Origin: a virus | Lineage: Duplodnaviria > Heunggongvirae > Uroviricota > Caudoviricetes | IMG/VR virus record: IMGVR_UViG_3300023371_004649 | DNA length: 64,000 nucleotides | Reading direction: 5' to 3' (one strand) | Shown: positions 46,486 through 55,990 of the stretch, in pieces | Layout of the letters: each line of letters starts with the position of its first letter | Position numbering within the stretch: position 1 is the first letter of the stretch | The notes under the pieces: generated by a model | Told to the model about the DNA's origin: nothing | What the model saw: only the letters and a program-made list of their open reading frames with translations | The model's database searches: none | Translations under genes and position numbers: made by a program

Positions 46486-47052
46486 CTATTCTTGATAGCA
46501 ATCAAGAATTTCTTTAATTTCTTTAATGCTAGAAATTTCTTCAATGTTATCTAATAAAGACCAAATATCTGAAGAAAATATAGGCATCACCATTGGTTTT
46601 TTTCGCATTTTCTGTTTCAAATTGGTAGTGAAATAATTTGTTTGCCCATCAATAAAAGCAAATGAACCATATTTGTCAAGTTCATCTTCATAATATCTCT
46701 GGTGCATAAACTTATATTTATATTTTTCATTATCTTTTATCGCAAATAAAAAAATAAATCCACCAACATAATATGAACCATCTTCTTTCCACTCTCCATA
46801 ACTAAAACTCCCAATATACATATCTTGTCTTACAATTCTGTCATAGAAAGAATGCTCTAAAGAAATCGCCTCATCGTCACCGAAATCTTTTTCTAACAAT
46901 TCACAATTTTTAAAGAAATCACTGTTTAAAAGAGAATCTAAATTTCCACGAACATTCTTCGCAATGTTAAAAATATCTTTTTTTGTTAAATCAACATCTG
47001 CAATTACAGTTTTTATCTTTTTATTTCTACAACATTCAATTTTAATTTTCAT
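46486..47052 (-). CDS. hypothetical protein (188 aa)
   Basis: ATG at 47052 with RBS GAGGTGAG; the longer track ORF has no RBS. Confidence 0.4.
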   Translation of the reverse strand: MKIKIECCRNKKIKTVIADVDLTKKDIFNIAKNVRGNLDSLLNSDFFKNCELLEKDFGDDEAISLEHSFYDRIVRQDMYIGSFSYGEWKEDGSYYVGGFIFLFAIKDNEKYKYKFMHQRYYEDELDKYGSFAFIDGQTNYFTTNLKQKMRKKPMVMPIFSSDIWSLLDNIEEISSIKEIKEILDCYQE

Positions 47053-47157
47053 AAGCTCACCTCGTTTGGAAACAAAAATATTAACCAAAAATATATATTT
47101 TTATTATAACATATCTCGGAAATAATGTATAGACCATTATAGTATAACAACAAAATA

Positions 47158-47200
47158 TAATAACAAAGGAATGCCCCTCGTTTAAACGAGGGGCATTCCT
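47158..47200 (-). terminator. rho-independent terminator
   Basis: ggaatgcccctcg-tttaaa-cgaggggcattcc hairpin. Confidence 0.5.
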
Positions 47201-47205
47201 ATCTC

Positions 47206-49422
47206 TTATACAGAAATCATTTCTTTAACTTTTTCAAAAGAAACAATCTCATTTTTAATCTTCATTACATAGTGTTCGTTTTTAAGAATTTCCTCATTAA
47301 TAACTGCATCAGCAATATTGTCTTCAACAAGAGTCTGGATTTCTCGCTTAATATTACGTGCCCCCATCTTTTCATCAAAACCATTAGTAACTACAGCATC
47401 GAGAACAGATTCGTCAAAAGATACGTTAATTTCATACTGCTTAATCCGCTCAGAAACTTCATTAAGCATATGAGAAGCAATAACCTTACAAGAATCTTCA
47501 CCCAGCCCCTTGAAAACAACAACGTTATCAATACGATTTAGGAACTCGGGACGGAAATGTTCTTTAATCGCATTCATAATAATTTCCTTATTATCCTTGT
47601 TTTTTTCTTCAGCAGAAACCCCACCAAAGCCAATAGAAGCTCTCTTAGAAGAAATCTGGCTGGAACCAATATTACTCGTAATAACGATTACAGCGTTCTT
47701 AAAATCAACCTTGACACCACGGGCATCGGTAAGAGAACCTTCATCAAGAATCTGAAGAAGAATATCACTTACTTCGGGATGTGCCTTTTCGATTTCATCG
47801 AAAATGATAACGCTGTAAGGATTTCTCTTAATCTTGTCAGTAAGCTGACCACCTTCATCGAAACCAATATAACCAGGAGGAGAACCAATAATCTTAGAGA
47901 CACTATGCTTTTCCATGTACTCGGACATATCAAGCTTAATAAGGCTCTTTTCAGTACCATTTAGATATGTAGCAATCGTCTTACCAAGCTCGGTCTTACC
48001 TACGCCAGTAGGACCAACAAATAGAAAAGAACCAATAGGACGATTAGGGTTACGAAGCCCAGCGCGGCTACGCTTTAGAGCCTTAGACACTACAGAAACA
48101 GCCTCTTCCTGACCAATAACCTTGGAATTGAGTTCATTTTCAAGATTAGCAAGACGCTTATTTTCATTAGAAGTAAGGTCAGAAACGTTGATACCAGTAG
48201 TCTTCTGAATAGTCATGCAGATATCATTTTTAGTCACAATATCCTTACCTACAGCAGAAATACGAGCAGCAGTTTCATCACAAACAGTAATTGCCTTATC
48301 GGGTAAATAACGGTCAGTAATATAACGCTTAGAAAGAGTAACACAAGCTTCCAAAGCATCCTTTTCAATAGTAACTCCATGGAACTTCTCATAAGTATCA
48401 CAAAGCCCACGCATCATTTCAATAGTATCTTCCACAGTAGGTTCATCAATAAGAACACTCTGCATACGACGAGCAAAAGCAGCATCACGCTCGATACTCT
48501 TCTTATATTCGGCAGTAGTAGTAGCACCAATTAACTGAAGAGTACCACGAGCAAGAGCAGGCTTCAGAATATTAATAGCGTCAGAGCCACCTTCAGAAGT
48601 AGCCCCACTATTTACAAGAGAATGGATTTCATCAATAAACATGATAATATTCTTACTCTTTTCAACTTCATTAATAAGCCCATTCATACGCTCTTCGAAA
48701 TCACCACGATAACGAGTACCAGCAAGAACAGAAGCCATATTAACAGAATAAATAACCTTATTTTTCAGACGAAGAGGAACTTTTCCATCTGCAATACGCT
48801 GAGCAAGACCTTCAACAATAGCAGTTTTGCCAACGCCAGCTTCGCCAATTAGACAAGGGTTCTTTTTGTTCTTACGAAGTAGAATATGAACTACACGCTC
48901 AATTTCTTCTTCTCTGCCAATAACAGGTTCAAGTTCCTTATTGATAGCCATTTCGGTAAGATTCTTACCAAACTTAGCAAGCGATTCAGGAAGAATCATA
49001 TCAATCTTTTCATTGATTTCATCAAGAAGAGCATGGAATGCGCAATCTTCGTTGTTGAAAAGTTCATCAACAAGATTAGACCAATCAACCATTGTGTCTT
49101 CTTCTTTTGCTTCACTAATTACTCTATCAAAAATCTCTTCTAGCTCTTCAGAAATGTTATCAGCAGTAAGATAATCCTTAGATTCTCTGCCAGTATATTT
49201 GAAAGAAGGGTTATCTTCCAAATACTTAGCAAGATACTTTAGAACATATTCATCAGTAATACCCTGTTTAGCGAGCTTCTTCCCCATCTGAGTATCAAAT
49301 CGCAGAAAAGCATAAAGGAAGTGTTCGCTACCAAGATAATTATATCTAAGATGCTCCGCACAAGCAATAGCTGCATCAAGAAGCATCTGAGCACTCTTTG
49401 TAAAAATTCTAATCTTTAACAT
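47206..49422 (-). CDS. Clp/Hsp100-family AAA+ unfoldase (ClpC/ClpE-like; two AAA modules plus Clp_N)
   Basis: Clp_N repeats (FTKSAQMLLDAAIACAEHLRYNYLGSEHFLYAFL); Walker A GEAGVGKTAIVEGLA and GPTGVGKTELGKTIA; 738 aa. No clpP in the window. Confidence 0.8.
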   Translation of the reverse strand: MLKIRIFTKSAQMLLDAAIACAEHLRYNYLGSEHFLYAFLRFDTQMGKKLAKQGITDEYVLKYLAKYLEDNPSFKYTGRESKDYLTADNISEELEEIFDRVISEAKEEDTMVDWSNLVDELFNNEDCAFHALLDEINEKIDMILPESLAKFGKNLTEMAINKELEPVIGREEEIERVVHILLRKNKKNPCLIGEAGVGKTAIVEGLAQRIADGKVPLRLKNKVIYSVNMASVLAGTRYRGDFEERMNGLINEVEKSKNIIMFIDEIHSLVNSGATSEGGSDAINILKPALARGTLQLIGATTTAEYKKSIERDAAFARRMQSVLIDEPTVEDTIEMMRGLCDTYEKFHGVTIEKDALEACVTLSKRYITDRYLPDKAITVCDETAARISAVGKDIVTKNDICMTIQKTTGINVSDLTSNENKRLANLENELNSKVIGQEEAVSVVSKALKRSRAGLRNPNRPIGSFLFVGPTGVGKTELGKTIATYLNGTEKSLIKLDMSEYMEKHSVSKIIGSPPGYIGFDEGGQLTDKIKRNPYSVIIFDEIEKAHPEVSDILLQILDEGSLTDARGVKVDFKNAVIVITSNIGSSQISSKRASIGFGGVSAEEKNKDNKEIIMNAIKEHFRPEFLNRIDNVVVFKGLGEDSCKVIASHMLNEVSERIKQYEINVSFDESVLDAVVTNGFDEKMGARNIKREIQTLVEDNIADAVINEEILKNEHYVMKIKNEIVSFEKVKEMISV

Positions 49423-49445
49423 AGTTTAAATATCCCCTCTCAATT

Positions 49446-49706
49446 TCACTTAATCATATTTCGAATTTCTGTAGGCATTCTGGATGGATATACTTCAGTT
49501 TTAACACCACAGATTGGACAAGTTACATAATAATATACTTCGGAACCTCCACCATAATCGTGATGAATAGCTCTGGTAATATCCAAGCCATTTACTTCTA
49601 GTAATGCACCACAGGCTTTTCGTTCATTGTGAATCCCTTCACCAGTACAATTTACATTGATGGTAGGCAATTCATCATTTTCATAACCCATTTTCAATAC
49701 ATTCAT
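49446..49706 (-). CDS. small zinc-ribbon protein (86 aa)
   Basis: ATG at 49706 with a GGAG RBS; CTGEG...C...CPICG motifs; conserved promoter at about 49740. Confidence 0.4.
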   Translation of the reverse strand: MNVLKMGYENDELPTINVNCTGEGIHNERKACGALLEVNGLDITRAIHHDYGGGSEVYYYVTCPICGVKTEVYPSRMPTEIRNMIK

Positions 49707-49938
49707 AATATTTCTCCTTTCAAACATTACATATATATAATAACATATTTTCATTAAAAAATCAAGAGTTCCCAAAATATGTTTTTAGAAACTCTATAAC
49801 GCGAAGAAAACACGAAAGAAACACGCAAAAATACGCAAAATCAAAAATAAAATATATGAACAGAGCTTGACCAAATTGTGAATATATGTTATAATAAACA
49901 TGTAAATAAACAATTATATTAACAAAGGAGATATAAAT

Positions 49939-50382
49939 ATGAATAAGGAAATGCAGGTCCGTAACGACATGATTGCCGCAATGAAAAATAAGGAGCAGGA
50001 AAAGAAGGTAACTCTTTCTGGTCTGGTAAATGCGCTGACTCTAGCAGCAAAGGAAAAAAAGTCCCCTCTGACTCCCGACGAAGAGAACCAGATTGTTCTG
50101 AAAATGTGTAAACAAATTCAGGAAACTATTGATTCTTGCCCCGATAATCGTCCTGAGGCAAAGGCTAAGGCAGAGGCTGAACTAGCGATTATTTCCGCTT
50201 ATGCTCCCAAGCTAATGGACGAATCAGAGATTAAGGAAGTAATTATCAAGGTACTAGCTGACCTTGGCATTGAAACCCCTACTCCTAAGGATAAGGGCAT
50301 GATTATGAAGAACCTAATGCCTCTGGTAAAGGGAAAGGCCGACGGTAAGCTGGTTAATCAAGTTCTGGCAAATATGATGTAA
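49939..50382 (+). CDS. GatB/YqeY-domain protein
   Basis: Full-length match to the YqeY pattern (MNKEMQVRNDMIAAMKNKE...LIISAYAP...VKGKADGKLVNQVLANMM). Confidence 0.7.
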   Translation: MNKEMQVRNDMIAAMKNKEQEKKVTLSGLVNALTLAAKEKKSPLTPDEENQIVLKMCKQIQETIDSCPDNRPEAKAKAEAELAIISAYAPKLMDESEIKEVIIKVLADLGIETPTPKDKGMIMKNLMPLVKGKADGKLVNQVLANMM

Positions 50383-50387
50383 AATAC

Positions 50388-50421
50388 AAGACATCCGAGA
50401 TTTTCTCGGATGTCTTTTTAT
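50388..50421 (+). terminator. rho-independent terminator
   Basis: aagacatccgaga-tttt-ctcggatgtctt hairpin followed by TTTT. Confidence 0.55.
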
Positions 50422-50501
50422 ATTCATTTTCGTTTTAAACTATAATATATTATTACTGCAAAAAATGCAAATAACAGGAAAAATAAATGGAGGAGAAAAC
50501 A

Positions 50502-50795
50502 ATGAATAAAGGTCTGAAAGTTGTACGAAACGGTGTTACTTACGAAGTTCGCTTTATTGAAGAGCGAATTTGGGATTCTGTAAGAATTTACAGATACAAC
50601 CCTAACGCAATTATCTTTAAGCGAAAACTGGAAGCGGAGTATCTTCAGTGCATTCTAGCCGAAATGGCTGTTCGGCTTGGCGGTATAAACTCTTCTGCTG
50701 AAGATTATCTGGTTCGTCTTGCGGAATATGCCGTAGATTCTATGATTTCGGCTCGGCAGGAAGCGGCATGCAAACAGGCACTTCGCAACAAATAG
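50502..50795 (+). CDS. hypothetical protein (97 aa)
   Basis: RBS GGAGGAG before the ATG at 50502. Confidence 0.4.
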   Translation: MNKGLKVVRNGVTYEVRFIEERIWDSVRIYRYNPNAIIFKRKLEAEYLQCILAEMAVRLGGINSSAEDYLVRLAEYAVDSMISARQEAACKQALRNK

Positions 50796-50810
50796 GAAGA
50801 CTATTTCAAC

Positions 50811-50840
50811 AAAATGAGCTCTTAAGAGCTCATTTTTTAT
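50811..50840 (+). terminator. rho-independent terminator
   Basis: aaaatgagctcttaagagctcatttt palindrome followed by a T-run. Confidence 0.55.
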
Positions 50841-50850
50841 TGCTTTATAT

Positions 50851-50889
50851 AAAGATAACAAAAGCTCCTTGTTATTAACAAGGAGCTTA
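50851..50889 (-). terminator. terminator for the minus-strand seven-gene operon
   Basis: aagctccttgtt-attaa-caaggagctt hairpin. Confidence 0.5.
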
Positions 50890-50893
50890 AATA

Positions 50894-51082
50894 TTAATAT
50901 ATATCAGAAAAATAAGTATATATTTCATCTTCTGTTAGAGGTTCATAATGTATAAAAGAATTATCCAAAAGGTAATACATGTTATCTTTTATATACCCAA
51001 GCCTATAGTATCTACCCTTTGTCCACTTTGAATTGTTTTTCTGAAAGTCTTCGTCACAATAAAATTCTCGTCCATGTAGCAT
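50894..51082 (-). CDS. hypothetical small protein (62 aa)
   Basis: ATG at 51082 with RBS AAAGGTGG. Confidence 0.35.
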   Translation of the reverse strand: MLHGREFYCDEDFQKNNSKWTKGRYYRLGYIKDNMYYLLDNSFIHYEPLTEDEIYTYFSDIY

Positions 51083-51136
51083 TTTGCAACCACCTTTATA
51101 TATTTTCATATATAATAACACAAAAACAATACTTTG

Positions 51137-51679
51137 TCAAGATTCTAACAATACTTCCATACGACTTTTGTATTCTTTATAAACCAGGGGATGATTCCAC
51201 ATAAGATTGATAATTTCTTGATGAATATCATCTTCACTTACATTCATATAAGATTCCATATATTTTTGAGCTTCTCTATCATTTATATTAGAATACGAAA
51301 AACATATTTCATATTCTTTTAAAATTTCTAAAAGTCTATCACTGTTTTTTGGTTTATATTTTATAATCGTATCGTACGCGTTCAAAGGTTTATCTGCTTT
51401 TGTATAAGCTGCACATTCATAATCTATAACAGCTTCTAAACAGTCATAGTAATCCTTTTCTAAGTCATTTTCCATATGATGAGAAGCAGTGCTTCTATGC
51501 AATTTAACAGCTTTTTCCTTATCTAGATACTGATAGTAAATTAATTTGTCAATATCATGAAAATAGGCCCGTTCAAACATTATTTTTCTAACTTCAGGGT
51601 CTTTTATTAATTTATTAACACAAAACAAAAAAGCTTTTCTATGTAAATAAGTGTATTTGCAAAATTCAAAATTATCCAT
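51137..51679 (-). CDS. HD-domain phosphohydrolase
   Basis: AYFHDIDKL (H..D) and later HH; RBS GGAAGGAGG. Confidence 0.55.
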   Translation of the reverse strand: MDNFEFCKYTYLHRKAFLFCVNKLIKDPEVRKIMFERAYFHDIDKLIYYQYLDKEKAVKLHRSTASHHMENDLEKDYYDCLEAVIDYECAAYTKADKPLNAYDTIIKYKPKNSDRLLEILKEYEICFSYSNINDREAQKYMESYMNVSEDDIHQEIINLMWNHPLVYKEYKSRMEVLLES

Positions 51680-51748
51680 ATAACAACCTCCTTCCTAAAA
51701 AATAAAGAGATAACTACTAGCATTATACTCGTAGTCACCTCTTTATAA

Positions 51749-52657
51749 TTACTTTAAACCTGCGCAGAAGTCACGATGCTTCTTCGTATCAGACACCATA
51801 TAATCATTAATTACTTCTTGAGGAATTTCTTGAGAATATTTGTCAAAAATATCTCTCAAAATTTGTTCATCAAAATCTTTATCCCACTCTAAATAATTTT
51901 TAATATATGTTTCAATATCTTCGTTCTTTTCCCTGACTTTTTGAGAAAATAGTTGAACAATTTTATACTTATCCCATTCAGGAGTCCTCTCAGTATCTAG
52001 ACAAGCATCAACAACAATTCCAACGATAAACCCACCATTAACCATTTTATATTTGTCAGAATCTTTTTTTAGGTACCACTGCTCAGAAAACTTTCCAAGA
52101 GATTCTTTAGAAGCTCTATCAAAAGCTTCGCTTTGTTTTTTTAAATAATCTACTCGAACATTTTCATCCATAGCTTTAAACTCTTCAATATTAGGAAGAT
52201 ATTTTGAAACCCCTGCTTCAGTGGCATATTTCTCTCTTAACTCATCATATAGAGCCATGTAATATTTGTGATTAGCAGCAATTTCTACAAAGTCTCCATG
52301 TGTATGGATGTTAAGTGGCTCTCCATAATTATCAACTACCATCCCAACAACTAGGCTCTTTGGAAGCTTGTCATAAGGATAAGAACGGTAATATTTACCA
52401 TCTTTTATAACATGGACGACTAGCCCATAATCAGCCATAAAACTACGATAATCAAAGATAATAAAATCTTTACCAAAGTTGTAGAAAGGTGTCTTATAAG
52501 GAACTTCGTCGCCTCTCTTATAGTAACGAAGATTTCCACCCATAACATAAGGTTCAAAAGCTACATCATTCATGTCTTTAGACTTGATGCTTAAAGGGCT
52601 GCAAGAAACTCCAAAAACTTTTACTTGGTCTTCTCCAAGATTGTCATACATACCCAT
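51749..52657 (-). CDS. hypothetical protein (302 aa)
   Basis: RBS ACAGGAGG; operon member. Confidence 0.45.
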   Translation of the reverse strand: MGMYDNLGEDQVKVFGVSCSPLSIKSKDMNDVAFEPYVMGGNLRYYKRGDEVPYKTPFYNFGKDFIIFDYRSFMADYGLVVHVIKDGKYYRSYPYDKLPKSLVVGMVVDNYGEPLNIHTHGDFVEIAANHKYYMALYDELREKYATEAGVSKYLPNIEEFKAMDENVRVDYLKKQSEAFDRASKESLGKFSEQWYLKKDSDKYKMVNGGFIVGIVVDACLDTERTPEWDKYKIVQLFSQKVREKNEDIETYIKNYLEWDKDFDEQILRDIFDKYSQEIPQEVINDYMVSDTKKHRDFCAGLK

Positions 52658-52674
52658 AAATCTACCTCCTGTGA

Positions 52675-53073
52675 TTACTGATTAATCACTTTATTAGCAT
52701 GCTGAAACCAGTAAAATACTTCACCGTTTTCCCATTTATCAGTTACAGAATTAATGATGGACACTTCAAGATTCTTCTTTAGATACTCTGCATCTTCATG
52801 ATACCATCTATCAACATACTGAGTAAAAGTACGCTTAACCTGTTCGATGATGATATTCTTTTCTTCATCGGACAATTCGTGGTCATTGTTAGGATTCATG
52901 ATAGTACGAATCTGATTTTCACGCTCTCTCCAAGCTCGCAATTCTTCGTATGGAGACTTTTCAGAAAGACAACTGTCAGGATGAAGTTCTAACATTCTCA
53001 TCCAAAAATCTGCAAAATAACCCTGAATTTTTTCAGAAAAATCATTGTCATTAACAGTAAGTCTAATAATCAT
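52675..53073 (-). CDS. hypothetical protein (132 aa)
   Basis: RBS GGAGGAG. Confidence 0.45.
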   Translation of the reverse strand: MIIRLTVNDNDFSEKIQGYFADFWMRMLELHPDSCLSEKSPYEELRAWRERENQIRTIMNPNNDHELSDEEKNIIIEQVKRTFTQYVDRWYHEDAEYLKKNLEVSIINSVTDKWENGEVFYWFQHANKVINQ

Positions 53074-53089
53074 ATATCTTCTCCTCCAA

Positions 53090-53311
53090 TTATTTCATAA
53101 TGTTCTTGCAATGTTGATAACACTTTTTAATATCGGCAAAAGAATGAGTATTTCTAGGATTTTCAAAAAGAACAATTGAAACATTCTTTACTCGATACTT
53201 CTTGAAAGGTAGGTTATCATTTTCATATGCATCAGTAAAGTCAAAAATTCGTGGATATTCAGCAGTATATTTAACACCGCAATCCAACCACTCCATCTTT
53301 AAATCAACCAT
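53090..53311 (-). CDS. hypothetical protein (73 aa)
   Basis: ATGgtTGA overlap with the upstream gene. Confidence 0.4.
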   Translation of the reverse strand: MVDLKMEWLDCGVKYTAEYPRIFDFTDAYENDNLPFKKYRVKNVSIVLFENPRNTHSFADIKKCYQHCKNIMK

Positions 53312-53696
53312 TTTTGCTCTCCTTTACAGAATCTTTTACTTTGCGATAACCTGCTTCATATAAGCGATAAGCAGTTCCAAAAGTATCTACTTTAGTTTCG
53401 CCATATTCTCTGGCAGACCACTCATCATAATCAATAATGTCGTCTAATTCATTAGCAATCGCCCAAATTTCTTTTTGTCGAATTTCTCGTTCATTGTCTG
53501 TCATATCTTCTACGACCTTATTATCTTCGACGTCTACGAGCTCGACCAAACTATAATGGTATCCCAAACCAGAATGCAAACCATTTAATCTTTTAACTTC
53601 TTTTCTGGCTTTTTCAATATCAGTATAAACCTTATCAAAAAGCAAAGTATCTGTCCCGATTTCTTCGCAATGTGCTCTTGCTACCCACTGTCTCAT
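53304..53696 (-). CDS. hypothetical protein (130 aa)
   Basis: ATGA overlap with the upstream gene. Confidence 0.4.
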   Translation of the reverse strand: MRQWVARAHCEEIGTDTLLFDKVYTDIEKARKEVKRLNGLHSGLGYHYSLVELVDVEDNKVVEDMTDNEREIRQKEIWAIANELDDIIDYDEWSAREYGETKVDTFGTAYRLYEAGYRKVKDSVKESKNG

Positions 53697-54016
53697 ATTT
53701 TCTTCTCCTTTAAACATGTAAAAATATTAACAGGAAAATCTTCGTCTCCCTCTATGTACCCAATATAAGCATTTAAATTCTCAAAATACTGCCATACACA
53801 AGAATGCAAATGAATATTATGTCTATCTCTTTCAATTTCTCCAAAATCATTGACACGCAGTCCGTCTGCTCCAATAACTACTTTTTCTAAAGTAGCATTA
53901 GCTGCACCAATAAGATTTAAAATAGAGTTTCTATCATCTGTTTGTAGAACAATAACAGGGATAAACGGCATCCCGCTCTCTACAATCTTGACAGAAAGAA
54001 CATATTGTTTTAGCAT
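53693..54016 (-). CDS. hypothetical protein (107 aa); first gene of the seven-gene operon
   Basis: ATG at 54016 with RBS AAAGGGGAA. The conserved minus-strand promoter at about 54045-54060 excludes the longer track ORF. Confidence 0.4.
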   Translation of the reverse strand: MLKQYVLSVKIVESGMPFIPVIVLQTDDRNSILNLIGAANATLEKVVIGADGLRVNDFGEIERDRHNIHLHSCVWQYFENLNAYIGYIEGDEDFPVNIFTCLKEKKI

Positions 54017-54079
54017 GCCATTCCCCTTTCTATAGTTTCTTATTTTAATTATAACATATTTTTTCATATAAATCAAGAG

Positions 54080-54116
54080 AAACAAAAAAATCCTACGCTG
54101 ATTATCAGCGTAGGAT
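54080..54116 (-). terminator. rho-independent terminator
   Basis: tcctacgctga-tta-tcagcgtagga palindrome followed by a T-run on the minus strand. Confidence 0.55.
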
Positions 54117-54121
54117 TAATG

Positions 54122-54913
54122 TTATTCTTGAAAATATCTTCTCAACATCCCTTCATTACAATTAAGGATTAATTCTTTAGAATACCCCACTTCATTAAGT
54201 AACTTAATTGCGTTATCAAAGTGACCAATTTCTTTGCAATAATGAGCATCTGAACCAAGATAAATCTTATTGCCATTTTCTTTCGCATACGGCAACCAAA
54301 TCTTAATTCTATCAACAGTATCCCCATTATCATTAAAAACAATACTTGATTCATTTAGCTCAAGCCAAACATCATTTTCTTTGGCATAATCGACGATGGC
54401 ATAAAGAAATACTCGATAATCATCCATGGTAAAAGAAGTACCATAAATATCATGAAAAGCTTTAGCCATCTTATGCAAATCTCTTTCAATATGAACAAAA
54501 GCATTATGCCCTTTCTTGTGAGCTCTTACAAAGCAACTATAAAGGTCGTCAAGGGTAGTAATATCCATATCGATAAACCAACTATGAAGCCCAACAGGCT
54601 TCCAAGAAATATGGTTCAACTTTTCAAAAGTATAGACATTCTGATTGATGTTAAATTCAGCACTTGAAAGAAGAGTTATATCAGACTCGAAAGAGTTCCA
54701 ACGCTCTGCTCCATACTGAATACGAGCAATCTCGTTTTTCTTATCGAGGGTATCCCCATTACCAAAATAATGGTCGGTAATGGCTAGATATTTCATACCT
54801 GCTTCTTTTGCAGCATCAATATTCTCTTTTACAGTAGAATACGCATGACCAGAAGCAATTGTATGAGTATGCATATCTGCCAAAATATCAGATTTTTTAA
54901 TCAATATCAGCAC
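54122..54913 (-). CDS. PHP-domain (polymerase/histidinol-phosphatase-like) phosphoesterase
   Basis: ADMHTHTIASGHAY near the N-terminus; further His and Asp ligands (ITDHY, HIERD). Confidence 0.55.
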   Translation of the reverse strand: MLILIKKSDILADMHTHTIASGHAYSTVKENIDAAKEAGMKYLAITDHYFGNGDTLDKKNEIARIQYGAERWNSFESDITLLSSAEFNINQNVYTFEKLNHISWKPVGLHSWFIDMDITTLDDLYSCFVRAHKKGHNAFVHIERDLHKMAKAFHDIYGTSFTMDDYRVFLYAIVDYAKENDVWLELNESSIVFNDNGDTVDRIKIWLPYAKENGNKIYLGSDAHYCKEIGHFDNAIKLLNEVGYSKELILNCNEGMLRRYFQE

Positions 54914-55184
54914 CCACCTTCAAAGAATTAATCATCTTATCGATGTCGACCATACTCTCTTGATAATGCTGCTCAGCAATAGCCTTAGCTTCTTCCATTG
55001 TATTAGAACCACCCATTTGACGAAGTAAACCGAAAGGTCCAGTTACAAGAGTAAAATACTGACCCTTTCTATCAAGCCAATAGGCACTATACACAATATG
55101 GACCCTAAAAGAGCCAAAACCAATATCAATAATAGCCTTTTCTCTATTTTCTTTTTCTGTTTCCCAAACCAATGGTTTAAACAT
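54897..55184 (-). CDS. hypothetical protein (95 aa)
   Basis: ATG at 55184 with RBS AAAGGAGAGG. Confidence 0.4.
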   Translation of the reverse strand: MFKPLVWETEKENREKAIIDIGFGSFRVHIVYSAYWLDRKGQYFTLVTGPFGLLRQMGGSNTMEEAKAIAEQHYQESMVDIDKMINSLKVGADID

Positions 55185-55201
55185 ATTTAACCTCTCCTTT
55201 T

Positions 55202-55978
55202 TTATCCCATATGATTGCAAGAATAGTTAGCAATTTTACGAAGTTTATCAACTACAAAATCAGGAATATAGCCACATTCACTTCGAATTGAAATTTTGCC
55301 AAGAACCATTACAAGTGCATTTTCATTAGTTAGTTCACCAGTCTTAAACTGCTCACGAATCTTTTTACACTCTTCCTTGTCAAAAGAACAATAATTGCAA
55401 TACTCAGGGTCGTGTTCTTCACCAGCAACAAAACGGTCTCCACAAGCAAGATACCAACCGAACTCACTACTATCGCTGGCAAGACGAGGACCAGATACCT
55501 TTCCTTCATTCATCCACTTATACCCATCATGAAGAGGAATATATTCTTCCATACCCTCAAAATCAATAATAGAAAACGGAGCATGAGAATAACTATGAGT
55601 ATCTTCCTGAGCCTCAGCCATCTTCGTCTGCCAATATTCTACATATTCCTGATAAGTTTCGAAATTAAACCATTCCTCGGGTTCACCAAAATAACACCAA
55701 GTATCAATTCCATAAATTTTTTCAATAGTCTTATTAATTTTAGAATTCTTATCATCCCAACTTTTGCCATTTTTAAAATTGAAACAACCCTTGTTATTAT
55801 CATAAACAAGCCCGTATTTATCCATATCTCTCATAAGAGCATCTTTAGCAGCGTAATACTCTTTATAAAATTCCTGAATAATATGAAATACAGAATCTAC
55901 TGTTGTATCATCACCAGCTCGACCAATAACAAAACTCGAGCTAGAACTATTAGTTACAAAATCACTTCTAAGTTTCAT
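55202..55978 (-). CDS. paralog family C (N-terminal MKxRSDFVTNSSSSSF motif), 258 aa
   Basis: RBS AAGGAGGATG. N-terminal 20 aa nearly identical to 55991..56461. Confidence 0.45.
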   Translation of the reverse strand: MKLRSDFVTNSSSSSFVIGRAGDDTTVDSVFHIIQEFYKEYYAAKDALMRDMDKYGLVYDNNKGCFNFKNGKSWDDKNSKINKTIEKIYGIDTWCYFGEPEEWFNFETYQEYVEYWQTKMAEAQEDTHSYSHAPFSIIDFEGMEEYIPLHDGYKWMNEGKVSGPRLASDSSEFGWYLACGDRFVAGEEHDPEYCNYCSFDKEECKKIREQFKTGELTNENALVMVLGKISIRSECGYIPDFVVDKLRKIANYSCNHMG

Positions 55979-55990
55979 TTTTCATCCTCC

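Noticed and set aside
47272-49174. Several plus-strand ORFs (47272..47541, 47510..47755, 47557..47964, 47915..48112, 48622..48852, 48886..49143, 48941..49174) inside the ClpC-like gene
   Set aside because: Antisense to a gene with two canonical AAA+ modules.
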